A DNA stretch of 64,000 bases, taken from Candidatus Eiseniibacteriota bacterium. Its GTDB lineage: Bacteria; Eisenbacteria; RBG-16-71-46; SZUA-252. The stretch is from positions 1,195,096-1,259,095 of the forward strand of contig OY969801.1 of the NCBI GenBank assembly GCA_963703225.1. The letters run 5' to 3'. The translations under genes and the position numbers were made by a program. The notes under the pieces are model-generated. The model did no database searches and had not been told where the DNA came from. It was given only the letters and a program-made list of their open reading frames with translations. Positions 9,020 to 27,781 of the stretch are shown one piece after another (positions within the stretch are counted from its first letter, which is position 1; each line of letters starts with the position of its first letter).

Positions 9020-12000
9020 CCCTTCGCGCCACGATGGGTTTCGTTGCCTGGGCGGCCGGGGTTCTCACGGCCGGCGCTTGCCTTGAACCCGAAGCCACCC
9101 TGGCGCGCCCGGTACCCACGCTCCATCCCGGCGGCGAGGAGTCGGCCTCCGACACGGTGGTGATCGATTTCCCGGTCCGACGGTCGCCATCGCTCCTCTC
9201 GCTTCGGGCGGCCGGCCCGCTCAGCTTCGATCGCGACGCCTCCGCTCGCGCCGATAGCACGATCCTCCAGGGATTCCCGACGGTCGCGGTTCGTCCGGCA
9301 TCCGCCCCGCCATCCGGGGCGTACGCGGCGCCCGGGGACGGCATCACGTTCAGCGGGCTCAAATCGGTGAGCGTCGAGGTGGGGAAGAATCGCGGCGCCT
9401 CCCTCGAGCAATCGCTCGACCTCACCGTCCGCGGCCGCGTGGCGGGGGACGTGGAGGTGGCGGCCATGCTCAGCGACCGGCAGCTCCCATTCGAGCCGGA
9501 TGGGTCGAGCCGAGAGCTGGAGGACCTCGACCGTCTCTCCCTCCAGATCCGCTCCTCGAGGGCGGAGGCCACCATGGGGGACTTCTTCCTCGACGGGATG
9601 CCCGGTCAGTTCGCGCGCCTGTCGCGCCACCTGGAAGGAGTTCGAGGCGCGGCCCGCGCCGGCGGCGCCAGCTGGAATGTGGCCGCGGCGAGCGCGAAGG
9701 GGGAGAAACAGACGCTGGAGTTCAAAGGCGAGGAAGGCCGCCAGGGGCCGTATCCGCTCGTCAGCCGGTCGTTGGCGGCGGACGCGCCCGGCGTGGTGGC
9801 CGGATCCGAAGTGGTCTGGCTCGACGGCGTGCGGCTCAAGCGTGGAGCCGATGATGACTACGTCGTCGACTACGGCGCCGGGACCGTGACCTTCACCGTT
9901 CGCCATCCCATCACCGCGCAGAGCCGGATCGGCGTCGATTTCGAGAGCGCGACGAGCCGCTATCGCCGGAGCCTCTACGCCGCGACCACGCAGGGCGGGA
10001 GCCAAGGGCGGGGCTCGTGGTACGCCAGCTACGTGCACGAAGGGGACGATCCCAAGAATCCGATGGGGGTCGATCTCACCGCGCAGGATCGCGCCGCGTT
10101 GAGCGCGCTGGGCGATTCCGCCGCGGTCGAGCTCCCGAGCGGCGTCCGCTACGCGGGGCCCGGGCAAGGGAGCTACGTCTGGGATGAATCCAACGCGGCG
10201 AGCCCGCACTGGGTCTACCTCGGGGCCACTCATGGAGATTACGAAATCGAATTCGCGAGCGTCGGTCCGGGACGCGGCGCCTACGGCGACACGCTGGCGG
10301 TCGACGGCTCGCGCTTCTACCGGTATCGCGGCGAGAACCTGGGCTCGTACGTTCCCGGCCGCGCCATCGCGGTGCCGAGCTCGCGCCGGCTCATGGATTT
10401 TGGCGGAACGGCTCGGCTCTTCAGCTCTCTCTCCCTCGAAGCGGAGGCAGCCCGCTCCGACCTCGACCGAAACGCCCTCTCCTCGCGCGACGACGGCGAC
10501 AACGCCGGCGGGGCGGCCCGCCTCTCGGCGCGGCTCGACCCGCGTCAGGTCCGCATCGGCGGTGCGCGGCTCGGATCGCTCCGGGCGGAGGCCCTGATCC
10601 GTTCCACCGGCGAGACCTTCGAGTCGTTCGATCGGATCGATCCCGCGTTCGCTGGAGAGCGGTGGAATCAGTCCGCGACAACCGCCGGGGAGAACAGGCA
10701 GGAGATCGCGCTTCAGTACGACCCGGGCGCGGCGCTCGGCTTTCGCGGGGAGCTGGGGCAGCGCGTCCTGGGCGGCGGGTCGCGGTCGGTGCGCCGTGCG
10801 GCGCAGGCGAACATCAACTCGATCGTCGGGGGCTCGTTCCACTGGGAGGAGGCGAGGAACTCGCTTGGAGCGGATCAAGGCGCGCGATCGCTCTGGGGAT
10901 TCGATCTCTCGCGCGAGAAGGGCCGTGTCCTGCCTCGGGTCTCCGCGCGCGAGGAGCGCATTCGGGGGCAGGAGGGAGACAGCGTCGACGCGAGGGCAAG
11001 CCGCGAGGTCCTGCTCGGGCTTCGGCTCCTGCCGCTCTCGACGATCCAGCTTCGAGGAGGGTATGCGCAGCGCCAAGGGGCGACGGTGGTCCAGTTTGGC
11101 GGTCCCGAGCTGGCCGACCACGCGACGACATGGGATGGAGGAGTGTCGGCCCGCGCCGGAACCGCTCTCTCCATCGACGGTGGGTTCACGCGGCGCCGCG
11201 TGGAGTCCGTGGCGGGGCCGCAGGGAACCGACCTGGCCCAGCTCGCCGTGCTCGCGGGCCGTCCCGGCGCGCCGGTCACCTCCGAGCTTCGCTACGACGT
11301 CACGCAGCTCCGCGAATCGGCGCTCGTCCGCCAGCTGATGCCCGCCGGTTCCGGCGGCGGCTCCTACGATGCATTCGGGAATCCCCGCCTGGGCGGCGGC
11401 TACGAGCTGGTCACCTCGACCGGAGCCCTGGCGACCCGCTCGCGCGCCATCGTTCAGCTTCGGCTCGACACCTACCCCGGGCGCGCGGCGCAGAAGCCCG
11501 GCGTCAAGAAGGCTGCCTGGCGCGGAATCGGCGGGAGTTCGTTTTTGCGGCTGGAGACTCTCTCCACGCTTCCCCTGGGCCGGCTCGACCACGCGCTCAC
11601 TCCATCGAGCTACCTGGACCCAGGGAGCACCGTGCGCGGCAACCTCAGCGCGCGCCAGACGCTCGAGTACGTCCCGCCTCGAGGGCGATACGACGCCAGG
11701 GCGGAGGTGGGCGTGAGCCGCGACCAAAACGGAGAGATCGACGCGCTTCGGACGCGTCGGGAAGGCCTCGACAGCCGGCTCAGCGTGCGCCATCCGCTCC
11801 CGGGGCGGCTGCGCGCTTCGGCCAGCGCCGCGTACAACCACTCGCTCCAGTCGATCGAGCGCGTGGAAACGGGAGAGGAGCTTCGCGCCGAGCTTCGGGG
11901 GCGCGGGTTCGAGCTCGAGGTCTCCCGGGAGCTGCGGCGGGATTGGACTCTCTCCATGCTCTCGCGCCAGCGGCGCGACGTCGACATGACGAACGGCGGA

Positions 12001-12281
12001 TATTTCGATCTCTGGTCGGTCGGGCCGACGGCTCGCTATGCCGCGGGGGCGCGGCTTCGGCTCGACGGCAGCGCGCTCTGGGGATGGAGCGCTCAGCAAG
12101 GAGTCTACGCGCCCCCCGGGCTCTACGCGCCGCCGGTTGTCGGAAGCCGCGTCGACTACGACTTTCTTGGGGAGTGTCGCCTGCGAGATCAGGTGTCGCT
12201 CTCCCTCTCCTGGGCCGGTTTCAAGTCGCCCGGCCGGGAGGGGTATTACACGGGGCGCTTCGAGTTGAAGGGGTCGTTCTG

Positions 12282-12282
<1 letters not shown>
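9016..12282 (+). CDS. large (ca. 1,120 aa) predicted outer-membrane/beta-rich protein of unknown family (start GTG 9016 or ATG 9034)
   Basis: uninterrupted ORF in 70% GC DNA with signal-peptide-like N-terminus MGFVAWAAGVLTAGACL and OMP-like C-terminal ...RFELKGSF (terminal Phe); ATGA overlap with downstream Omp85 gene. Confidence 0.8.
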
Positions 12283-18264
<5,982 letters not shown>

Positions 18265-18277
<13 letters not shown>

Positions 18278-19809
18278 CGGCGCCACCGGTTCAGCTGGGC
18301 GGCGCGCCTCTTGATCTAGAGATCCTTCGCGCTCTGGCCGAGGGCGCGCCAGCGGCCCTTTCCCCCACGGCCCGCGAGCGGGTGAAGCCCGCGCGAGCCC
18401 TGATCGAAAAGGCGGTCCGGGGTAAGGACCCGGTCTACGGCGTCAACACCGGGTTCGGCGCGCTCAAGTCGGTGCGGATCGCCGACGCCGACTTGGCACG
18501 GCTTCAGGTCAATCTGCTGCGCAGCCACGCGGCGGGCGCGGGGCCCGAGCTGGAGCGGCCCGCGGTCCGGCTCATGCTGGCGCTTCGCGCGCATTCGCTC
18601 GCGGCCGGCGCGAGCGGCGTGCGCCTGGAGCTGCTCGAGCATCTCGTGGCCATGCTCGAGCACGACCTCCTTCCGGTCGTGCCGAGTCGGGGCTCGCTGG
18701 GCGCGAGCGGCGACCTGATCCCGCTCGCCCACCTGGGGCTGGGCGTCATCGGCGAGGGAGAGATTCGTCGCGCGGGCCGGCCGGCGCCCGCCGCCGACCA
18801 CTATCGGGAGGCGGGGATCGCGCCGCTGCCGCTCGCCGCCAAAGAAGGGCTAGCGTTGATCAACGGGACGCAGGCCGCGACGGCGGTGGGTCTCCAGGCG
18901 CTCCTCGAGGGCCTGGAGGTTCTCCGCGCCGCGCACGCGGCGTGCGCCCTCTCCGTGGAGGCGCTTCGGGGGTCGGTGAAGCCGTTCGATCGCCGGGTGC
19001 ACGCGCTCCGCCCCCATCGCGGGCAGGTCGACTCGGCCGCCCTGATCGCGGACCTCCTCACGGGGAGCGCCATCGTCGCGTCCCACGCGGGGTGCGGACG
19101 GGTCCAGGATCCGTATTCGTTTCGATGCGCGCCCCAGGTGCTGGGGGCGTCGATCGACGCGGTCCGCTTCGCCCGCGAAGCGCTCCTGACCGAGGTGAAC
19201 AGCGTGACCGACAATCCGCTCTGCTTTCCGGATTCGGGAGAGGTGCTCTCGGCCGGCAACTTTCACGGACAGCCGGTGGCGCAGGCGCTCGACGTTCTCG
19301 CGATCGGTATGGCGGAAGTCGGCTCCATCGCGGAGCGCCGCACGTTTCTCCTCCTCGACCACGAGAAGAGCGGTCTGCCGGCGTTTCTTTGCGCCGAGCC
19401 CGGCGTGAGCTCGGGGCTCATGATCGTCCAGTACCTCCAGGCGTCGCTGGTGGCGGAGAATCGTATGCTCGCCCAGCCGGCCTGCATCGACTCGATTCCG
19501 ACCTCGGCGGGCCAGGAAGATCACGTGAGCATGGCGATGCACGCCGCGATGAAAGCGCTCACGCTCGTGCGAAACGTGCGCCGAATCGTGGCGGCCGAGC
19601 TGCTCTGCGCGGCCCAGGGGATCGAGTTCCTCCGCCCGCTTCGCTCGAGCGCGCCGTTGGAGCGCCTCCATCAGGGGGTGCGGAAACTGGTCCCGCCGCT
19701 GGCCGAGGACCGGAGGCAGGATCAGGATCTCGCGGCGCTGGATGGGTGGATCGAGGGTGGCCTGGCCGCGGACGCGGCCGGCGTTCGGCATCTGGGAGCG
19801 AGCGCGTGA
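18265..19809 (+). CDS. hutH: histidine ammonia-lyase
   Basis: ASG (MIO-forming) motif in GSLGASGDL, overall HAL architecture, intact ORF; GTG start overlapping helicase stop. Confidence 0.9.
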
Positions 19810-19831
19810 GAACTCGGAAGGGGGGAGAGAA

Positions 19832-21532
19832 ATGAATCGGGCAGCCGCCGCGCCGGCGGGCAACCCGCTCTTGGGGGAGCCGCCGGCCGAGCCGGTTCGC
19901 GCCCCCCGAGGGCCGAACCGCTCGTGCAAGGGGTGGCATCAGGAGGCCGCCCTGCGCATGCTTCAGAACAACCTCGACCCCGAAGTGGCGGAGAAGCCGC
20001 AAGAGCTCGTCGTCTACGGCGGCACCGGGCGTGCCGCGCGCTCCTGGCCCGATTTTCACGCGATCGTGCGCTCGCTCCGAGATTTGGAGTCGGATGAAAC
20101 GCTGCTCGTCCAGTCGGGAAAGCCCGTGGCCGTCGCGCGCACGCATCCGGAGGCCCCGCGGGTGTTGATCGCGAATTCGCTCCTCGTCCCGGCATGGGCG
20201 ACGTGGGATGAGTTTCGCGCGCTCGAAGCGAAGGGGCTCACGATGTACGGACAGATGACCGCCGGGTCCTGGATCTACATCGGTACCCAGGGGATTCTCC
20301 AGGGCACCTACGAGACCTTTGCCTCGGCCGCCCGCCGCCATTGGAACGGATCGCTTCGCGGGCGGTGGACGCTGACCGCCGGCCTGGGCGGCATGGGCGG
20401 CGCGCAGCCGCTCGCGGTCACGATGAACGAAGGGGTCTGCCTCGCGATCGAAGTCGATCCGGCCCGGGTCGCGCGGAGGCTCGAGACCCGATACGTGGAC
20501 AAGAGCACCACCTCGCTCGACGAGGCGCTCCGATGGGTGGAGGAGGCCGTGCGGGGCTTGCGGCCGCTCTCGGTTGGTTTGGTGGGCAATGCCGCGGAGC
20601 TGCTTCCCGAGATCTACCGGCGCGGCGCGCGCCCCGACCTGGTCACCGACCAGACATCGGCCCACGACGAGCTGAACGGCTACGTGCCCGCCGGGCTTTC
20701 GCTCCCCGACGCCGTCGCGCTTCGCACCAAGGACCCCGCCGCCTACGTGGAGCGTGCGCTCCAGTCCATGGCGATCCACGTCCGCAGCATGCGCTCGTTC
20801 CAGGACCAGGGGTCGATCACCTTCGACTACGGCAACAACATCCGCGGCCAGGCCCGGCGCGCCGGCGTGGAGGACGCCTTCCGGATTCCCGGGTTCGTTC
20901 CCGAATTCATCCGCCCGCTCTTCTGCGAGGGGAAGGGCCCATTCCGGTGGGTCGCCCTCTCCGGAAATCCCAAAGACATCGCGGCCACCGACCGCGCGGC
21001 GCTCGAGCTCTTTCCGGAGAACGAGCCGCTCCAGCGCTGGATCCGCCTCGCGGAAGAGCGCGTCCAGTTCCAGGGTCTCCCCGCGCGCATCTGCTGGCTG
21101 GGGATGGGGGAGCGCGAGCGGTTCGGCGAAGCGCTGCATCGACTGGTCGAGCGCGGCGAAGTGGAGGCTCCGATCGTCATCGGGCGAGATCATCTCGACT
21201 GCGGCTCGGTCGCGTCGCCCTACCGGGAGACCGAGGGGATGCGGGACGGGAGCGACGCGATCGCCGACTGGCCGATCCTGAACGCGCTGTTGAACGCGGT
21301 CTCGGGCGCTTCGTGGGTCTCGGTTCACCACGGCGGCGGCGTTGGAATCGGAAACTCGATCCACGCCGGTGTGGTGGTCGTCGCGGACGGCACGCCCTCG
21401 GGGCTCGCCCGGTTGAAGCGCGTGCTGACGAACGATCCCGCGACCGGCATCTGGCGGCACGCGGACGCGGGGTACCCGGAGGCGCGCGCCGCCGCCAAGC
21501 GACATCATCTCCGTATTCCGCGCGAGGGATGA
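19832..21532 (+). CDS. hutU: urocanate hydratase
   Basis: 566-aa intact ORF with urocanase-conserved blocks ([34 protein letters not shown]); RBS GGAGAG before ATG. Confidence 0.9.
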   Translation: MNRAAAAPAGNPLLGEPPAEPVRAPRGPNRSCKGWHQEAALRMLQNNLDPEVAEKPQELVVYGGTGRAARSWPDFHAIVRSLRDLESDETLLVQSGKPVAVARTHPEAPRVLIANSLLVPAWATWDEFRALEAKGLTMYGQMTAGSWIYIGTQGILQGTYETFASAARRHWNGSLRGRWTLTAGLGGMGGAQPLAVTMNEGVCLAIEVDPARVARRLETRYVDKSTTSLDEALRWVEEAVRGLRPLSVGLVGNAAELLPEIYRRGARPDLVTDQTSAHDELNGYVPAGLSLPDAVALRTKDPAAYVERALQSMAIHVRSMRSFQDQGSITFDYGNNIRGQARRAGVEDAFRIPGFVPEFIRPLFCEGKGPFRWVALSGNPKDIAATDRAALELFPENEPLQRWIRLAEERVQFQGLPARICWLGMGERERFGEALHRLVERGEVEAPIVIGRDHLDCGSVASPYRETEGMRDGSDAIADWPILNALLNAVSGASWVSVHHGGGVGIGNSIHAGVVVVADGTPSGLARLKRVLTNDPATGIWRHADAGYPEARAAAKRHHLRIPREG

Positions 21533-21575
21533 GACCGCATCCCGCCGCGGGCGCGCGGCCGGCCCGGCGGCCCCG

Positions 21576-22847
21576 TTGAAGTCCGACCTTCTCGTCCATT
21601 CCGCGGCCCAGCTCATCACCGCCCCGCCCAGCGCCGCGCCGCTCTTGGGCCCGGCCCTCGACCAACCGCTCGTGCGGACCGACGCGGCGGTCGCCGTGGT
21701 CGGCGGACGGATCGCCGCGGTCGGGTCGACCCGGGAGGTCACGAAGCGTTATCCCGAGCGCGAGGCCGCCGTCTTACTGGACGCGACCGGCCGGCTCGTT
21801 GCCCCCGGGTTCGTCGATGCGCATACGCATCTTCCGTTCGCGGGAGGAAGGGAGATGGAGTTCGACGCGCGCGCCCGCGGCGAATCGTATGAATCGATCG
21901 CGGAGAGGGGGGGCGGCATACGGGCGAGCGTCCGGCAGCTCCGCGCCATCGCCGAGGATGAGCTGAGGGAGCGGGTCGGCAAGCGTCTGGAGCGCGTTCT
22001 GGCCCAGGGGATCACGACCGTCGAGGCGAAGAGCGGGTATGGCCTCACGCTCGACGCCGAGCTGAAACAGCTCCGGGCGCTCCAAGGCGGATCGGCCGCG
22101 GCCGAGGTGATCCCGACGTTTCTTGGCGCGCACGAGGTCCCCGACGAGTTCCGGGACCGGCGCGAGGGCTACGTCGCGCTCTTGGTCGACACGATGATCC
22201 CCGCGGTCGCGCGCGCCAAGCTCGCGCGATTCTGCGACGTATTCTGCGACCGCGGCGTCTTCACGGTCGAGGAAGCGCGGCGCATCCTTCTCGCGGGGAC
22301 GGCCCACGGCCTGCGGCCCAAACTCCATGCCGACGAGCTGGCCGACGTGGGCGCGGCCAGCCTGGCGGCGGAGGTCGGCGCGATCTCGGCCGACCATCTT
22401 CTCCATGCGTCCGATGAGGGTTTGGAGGCGATGGCCAAGGCCGGCGTCGTCGCGGTGCTCCTGCCGGGCACCGCCTTCACGCTCGGGCTCCCCTACGCGC
22501 GGGCTCGCCGGATGATCGAGCGGGGCCTCGCGGTGGCGCTCGCGACCGACTGGAATCCGGGGAGCACGATGTGCTCGTCGATGGCGATGACCCTGACCTT
22601 GGCCACGACCCAGATGCGCCTCTCCGCGGCGGAGGCCTGGATGGCGGCCACCGCGAACGCCGCCTGGGCGGTCGGGGAAGGGGGTCGGCTCGGCCGCCTC
22701 GCGGAGGGATACCAGGCGGACCTTTGTCTTTTTGACACAGGCGATTACCGGCACGTCCCGTACCATTACGGGGAGGAGCACGTCCACGCCGTCGTGAAGC
22801 GGGGCCGTCTCGCCTTCGACCGCGGGCACGCTTTGAGTTGTTTTTGA
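21576..22847 (+). CDS. hutI: imidazolonepropionase
   Basis: amidohydrolase metal-binding HTH at DAHTHLPFAG, KLHADE, intact 423-aa ORF (TTG start). Confidence 0.85.
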   Translation: MKSDLLVHSAAQLITAPPSAAPLLGPALDQPLVRTDAAVAVVGGRIAAVGSTREVTKRYPEREAAVLLDATGRLVAPGFVDAHTHLPFAGGREMEFDARARGESYESIAERGGGIRASVRQLRAIAEDELRERVGKRLERVLAQGITTVEAKSGYGLTLDAELKQLRALQGGSAAAEVIPTFLGAHEVPDEFRDRREGYVALLVDTMIPAVARAKLARFCDVFCDRGVFTVEEARRILLAGTAHGLRPKLHADELADVGAASLAAEVGAISADHLLHASDEGLEAMAKAGVVAVLLPGTAFTLGLPYARARRMIERGLAVALATDWNPGSTMCSSMAMTLTLATTQMRLSAAEAWMAATANAAWAVGEGGRLGRLAEGYQADLCLFDTGDYRHVPYHYGEEHVHAVVKRGRLAFDRGHALSCF

Positions 22848-22934
22848 TGCATAATTGATAAGCGATTGTAAAACCGTGAATTACAAGAACGTTAACTCCG
22901 GCGACGACGGACCGTTAACCCCCGAGGAGAAGGC

Positions 22935-24481
22935 ATGAGCGAGCTGGTTGAGTGCGTTCCCAACTTCAGCGAGGGCCGAAATAAGTCTGTAGTTCAGTCC
23001 ATTGCTGCCGAAATTTCGCATGATCGGTCGATCCGGTTGCTTGATCAGGAGATGAACGCCGATCACAACCGCTCCGTGATCACGTTTGTGGGGGAGCCGG
23101 AGGCCGTCTTGGAGGCGGTCTTGAGGGGTGTCCGAGAGGCGACCAAGCTGATCGACATGCGCCAGCACCGGGGGGAGCATCCACGGATGGGGGCCACCGA
23201 TGTCGTTCCTTTCGTGCCCGTGGGCAACACCTCTCTCGAGCGGTGCGTGGAGTTAGCGCGGCGTGCGGGCGAACGGATCGGGAACGAGCTTCAAATCCCG
23301 GTCTTTCTCTACGAGGCGGCCGCGACCCGACCGTCGCGGCAGAACTTGGCTGATGTCCGGCGGGGGGAAGTCGAGGGACTCGCGGCGTCCATCGCCACGG
23401 ATCCTGAGAGGGTCCCCGACTTCGGCCCGAGGGCGATCCACTCCACGGCCGGCGCCACGGCGGTCGGCGCTCGTCTGCCGCTCTTGGCGTTCAACGTGAA
23501 TTTGGGCACCAAGGACGTCGAGATCGCGAAGAAGATCGCGAAGGCGATTCGATTTCAATCGGGAGGGCTGCGCTACGTCAAAGCGCTCGGCTTTGGGTTG
23601 GCCGAGCGGGGAATCGTCCAGGTGTCGATGAATCTCGTCAACACGTGGGGAACTCCGGTCCAGCGCGTCTTCGCGTTGATCCGGGACGAAGCGGAGCGCT
23701 ACGGCGTGCCCGATTGTGGGGAGCGAGGTGGTCGGGTCTGGTCTGCCAGGACGCGCTGATCGACGTGGCGGAGCACGCGCTCCGCCTCGAGAACTTTTCG
23801 AGGGATCAGATTCTGGAGAACCGGCTCGCGCGGCATCTCGGGGCCGCGGAGCAGGCGCTACCGGAGTTTCTGGACGAGGTGGCATCGTCGGCCCCGACGC
23901 CCGGGGGCGGCTCGGTATCGGCGTTGGCGGGGGCGCTCGCGGGCGCGCTGGGCTCCATGGTGTCGCGCCTGACCATCGGCAAGAAGCGCTACGCCGAGCA
24001 CGAGGACCAGATGCGCACGGCGGAGAAGGCGCTGGAGTCGCTCCGGCGCGAGCTGTTCGACCTCGTCGCCGAGGATGCCCGCGCCTACGAGTCGTTCCGG
24101 GCGGCGGCCAGGATGTCGCAGCGGACACCCGAAGAGGTCTCGACGCGGGACGCGGCGATGCGGGAGGCGGCGCGGAACGCGGCCCGGGTCCCGCTCCGTA
24201 CCGCGGAGACCTGTGTCCAAGTGTTGGAGCAGCTCTCGGTCGTAGCGACGCACGGGAACGAGAACGCGCTGAGCGACGCGGCCGTGGCCGGCTGGCTGGC
24301 GCGCGCCGGGACCGAGGGAGCGGTGTGGAACGTCACGATCAATCTGCCCGAGCTGCCCGAGGCGGAGCGCGCGGAGCTGGATACGCGCGCCCGCGGCGTG
24401 GCGGCCCGGGCCGAGAAGCTCCACGCGACGTGCGTGGAGCAGGCGCGCCGCCGTCTCGGCGCCGCGGTGCCGTCCGCGTGA
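22935..24481 (+). CDS. ftcD: bifunctional glutamate formiminotransferase / formimidoyltetrahydrofolate cyclodeaminase (FtcD-type); frameshifted near 23720
   Basis: N-terminus MSELVECVPNFSEGR typical of formiminotransferase; C-terminal 200 aa cyclodeaminase-like (PTPGGGSVSALAGALAGAL); junction GVP..VGSEVVGLVPQDALID readable only by shifting frame. Confidence 0.8.
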
Positions 24482-24509
24482 TGGCAGACGAGGACCGTTA
24501 GGGAGACGC

Positions 24510-26253
24510 GTGGACCGAAACCTCGCCATCAAAAAGCGGGCGCAACTGCTCGTCCAGAAGGGGCAGATCGACGCTGCCCTCGAGGAGTTCGACAAGCTCT
24601 TCGACAGCGGCGACAAGGACCCCTACGATTTCATTCTGGTCGCCGACCTCCTCGCCAAGCGCGGCTCGATGCAGGAGGCTGTCCGCCGCTATCGCCAGGC
24701 GATCGAGGAGTACACCAAGGCGGAGCTTTTCAAGAACGCGATCGCGGTCTGCAAGAAGATCCTCCGGATTTCCAAGGAGGACCTCGAAATTCACCGGTCT
24801 CTGGGCAACCTGTACGCCAAGGAAGGCCTCTACGGCGACGCCCAGATCCACTATCTGGAGTTTGCGGAAGGCTCGATCCGCCGTCAGGAGCACGAGGCGG
24901 CCCTCGACGTGATCGACCAGGTGCTCCAGCTCTCGCCGGAAAACATCGACCTCTCCGAGAAGTACATCGAGATCGCGATGCGCGCCGACCAGCCCGATCG
25001 GGGCGGGAAGGAGCTCTTGCGGCGGGCGGAGCGGCTGGAGCATCGCGGCGAGATGACGGAGGCAAAGAGCCTGCGCGAGCGCGCCTCCACACTCGCCCCC
25101 GGGCTCTCGGTCGTCGTCTCGCCGTCGGCGAAGCCCGCGCCGGAGGCCGACACCGCCCCGGCGGGCGACGCGTCCGCGGAAGAGCCGCAGGCGTCCGAAG
25201 ACGCGTACGAGCCCTCGGCACGGAGCGTCATGGACGAGCTCTCCCCCGACAGCCTGGTGGCGGAATCGGGGCAGGAGATGATCGAGCCCGAGACGATCGA
25301 GGAAGCCGCCGAGAGCGAGGCCGAGGCGGAAGCGCCGTCCCCGAGCCACGAGGACCTCGCCGCGAACTACCTGAGCGCCGGCAATCGCGAGATGGCGACC
25401 GAGGAATTCTGGAAGGCCGCCGAGCTCGCCTTCTTCCGGAGCGACCTCGGGCGGGCGCGGTCGCTGCTCGACTCGCTGCTTCACGTGAGCCCACAGCACG
25501 AAGCGGCGCTCCGTCGGCTCGTCGACATCACGGTGCAGGCCGAGGACCGCGCGGGTGAGGCGAAGGCGCGGTTTGATCTCGCCGAGCTCTACCTGGGTCA
25601 GGAGGAGTGGGCGCTCTCGCGCGCGGAGTACATCCGCACGCTTGGAGCTGGATCCCAACAACAGCCGGGCGCGCACGCGCGTGGCGAGGCTGGACGCCAT
25701 GAACGGCGCCGCGCCGCCGCAGATCGATCTCGACACGATCGCGGCCAAGCGGCCCACCGCCTCGGTGCTCGTCCGGGACGACCAGCCGGCCAGCATGGAC
25801 AACCTGGTCGACCTGGAAGAGATCATCGACGAGTTCAAGGCCGGCGTGAGCAACAGCATCTCGGGCGAGGATCACGAGAGTCACTACGACCTCGGGATGG
25901 CGTACATGGAGATGGGGCTTTACGAGGAGGCGATCGGGGAATTCCAGGTGGCGTCCAAGGGCGGGCCGATGGAGCTGAAGTGCTTGGAGATGATCGCGCT
26001 CTGCTATCTGGAGAAGAACGAGCCGGCCGCGGCGGCGCGGGAGCTTTCCCGCGCGCTCGAGCTGCCGGGGCACGGCCCGGAGGAGACCATCAGCCTTCGC
26101 TACCATCTGGGAATGGCGTACGAGCGCTTGGGAAATCTCGAGAAGTCGCTCCAGCATTTCGAAGAGGTGTCGCTCCTCAATAACGAGTTCCTCAAGGTGT
26201 CCGTCAAGATCCGCGAGCTGAATCTGCGCATTTCGTCCGCCCGCGGCTCCTGA
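24510..26253 (+). CDS. TPR-repeat protein with acidic central linker; frameshifted near 25640
   Basis: multiple 34-aa helical repeats (AxxxY/F...P pattern) in N- and C-terminal thirds; frame switch between ORF 24510..26183 and 25555..26253. Confidence 0.6.
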
Positions 26254-27106
26254 TGGGCGCCTCCTCGATCGACCTCCACCTCCACTCCACAGCGTCGGAC
26301 GGCTCCTATCCACCGGAGACCGTGGTCGCGATGGCCGAGCGAAACGGCGTGCGCGTGATGGCGCTGACCGACCACGACTCGATCGATGGAATCGCCCGCC
26401 GCCGAGGAGCGGGCGCGGAAAGCCGGGATCCGGGTCATTTCCGGAGTCGAGCTCTCGGTGAGCGAATCGGGATTCGACGTTCATCTCCTCGCCTACGGGT
26501 TCGACCTCACCGACAAAGGGCTCTTGGCGGCGCTCAGCCGCTACCGGGATTCCCGCCGCGAGAGGGCTCGGAAGATGCTGGCCAGGCTCAAGGGGCTCGG
26601 GATCCGAATCACGCCTGGACGAGGTGGAGGAGATCGCGCAGGGCGGCGCGCTCGGCCGGCCGCACGTGGCGGAAGCGCTCATGCGCGGGGGTCACGTCGA
26701 CACGTTCCACGAAGCCTTCCAACGGTTCCTGGGTCACCACGCTCCCGCCTATGTTGCGAAGCAGACGGTGACGCTCGAGGAAGCGGCCGGAATCGTCCGC
26801 GACGCGGGCGGCGTGGTAGCACTCGCGCATCCCGGAACCCTCAACCGGGATCACCTGATCGCCGCGTGGGTGCGCCGGGGCCTCGACGGGATCGAGGTCT
26901 GGCATTCCAAGCACGCCCCGGCCGATGTCTCCCGGTACCGGGAGATCGCGAAACAGCACAGTCTCCTGATGACCGGCGGCTCCGACTTCCACGGCGAGCG
27001 GACGCCCGACGTCTCGATCGGTGGCGACCGCCGTGCCCGAGAGCATTCTCGCGCCCCTCGAAGAGGCCCTTCGCGCCCGCCGTCCGCTCAAGGCGCCGCG
27101 CTGACG
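26253..27106 (+). CDS. PHP-domain metal-dependent phosphoesterase; three frameshifts
   Basis: IDLHLHSTASDG...ALTDHD N-terminal PHP motif, internal HLLAYGFD, C-terminal GGSDFHG; pieces lie in three different frames (ORFs 26253.., 26386.., 26624..). Confidence 0.75.
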
Positions 27107-27226
27107 TAGCAAGTCCGCGGCCCATCAGTCCCGCCGCAACCGACTCCGGCGCCGCCGCGTTCCCCCGAGGTTCCAATTGCGCCGGCAGGGGGCGATCTGC
27201 TAGCGTCCTCGGTCTCTCCCGGCCCG

Positions 27227-27780
27227 ATGCGAACCGTCGTCCGAAGCGCCGCCCTCATCGCCTTCTGCGTCGCGTGCGGTTACGCGAAGCTGATCCTCTT
27301 CCCCTATCTCTTCTTTGTGGAGCTATTCAGCGTGGCGGTCTTCCTGTCGGGAGCCGTTGATCGGCGCGGCGTGGGGCGCGTGGGTGGGTGGCGTCGCCCG
27401 GCTCATCTTCAGCGTCGGGAATCCCTACGGCCCGCCCCATCCACTGGTGCTGGGGGCGCAGGTCCTGGGCGGGGCGATGGTCGGGGCCTGGGGCGGCGTC
27501 GCGGGGCGTTGGCTCCTCGCCCGCGACCGGTCTCGGGGCGGGCGCCAAGGCACGCACGCTGATCCTTCTCGCCTCGGGCTTCGTGGTCACCGTCGCGTAC
27601 GACCTGCTGACCAATCTCGCGCAGGGCGTCGTCTTTGGGTCGATTCCCGCGACGCTCGTTTTGGGCGCCCTGCCGGCGCTCCAGCACATCGGATCGAACC
27701 TGGTCATCTTCGCCGTGCTCGGGAACGCCGCGTTCCCTTGGTTGAGCCGCCATCCCATGGTCGCTGGGCGGGGAGCCTGA
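27227..27780 (+). CDS. small polytopic membrane protein (unknown family); two frameshifts
   Basis: hydrophobic helices in three successive frames (27227, 27315, 27388 ORFs) that concatenate into one membrane protein. Confidence 0.45.
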
Positions 27781-27781
27781 A

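Noticed and set aside
8854-12099. 1081-aa minus-strand ORF
   Set aside because: Antisense to the intact 1,123-aa + strand gene. Its composition (R/A/G/P-rich) and lack of domain-like blocks indicate a GC-skew artefact.
19559-21742. 727-aa minus-strand ORF
   Set aside because: Antisense to hutU, which has clear urocanase motifs on the + strand. Rejected as a shadow ORF.
24498-25859. 453-aa minus-strand ORF
   Set aside because: Antisense to the TPR protein gene, with low-complexity translation.
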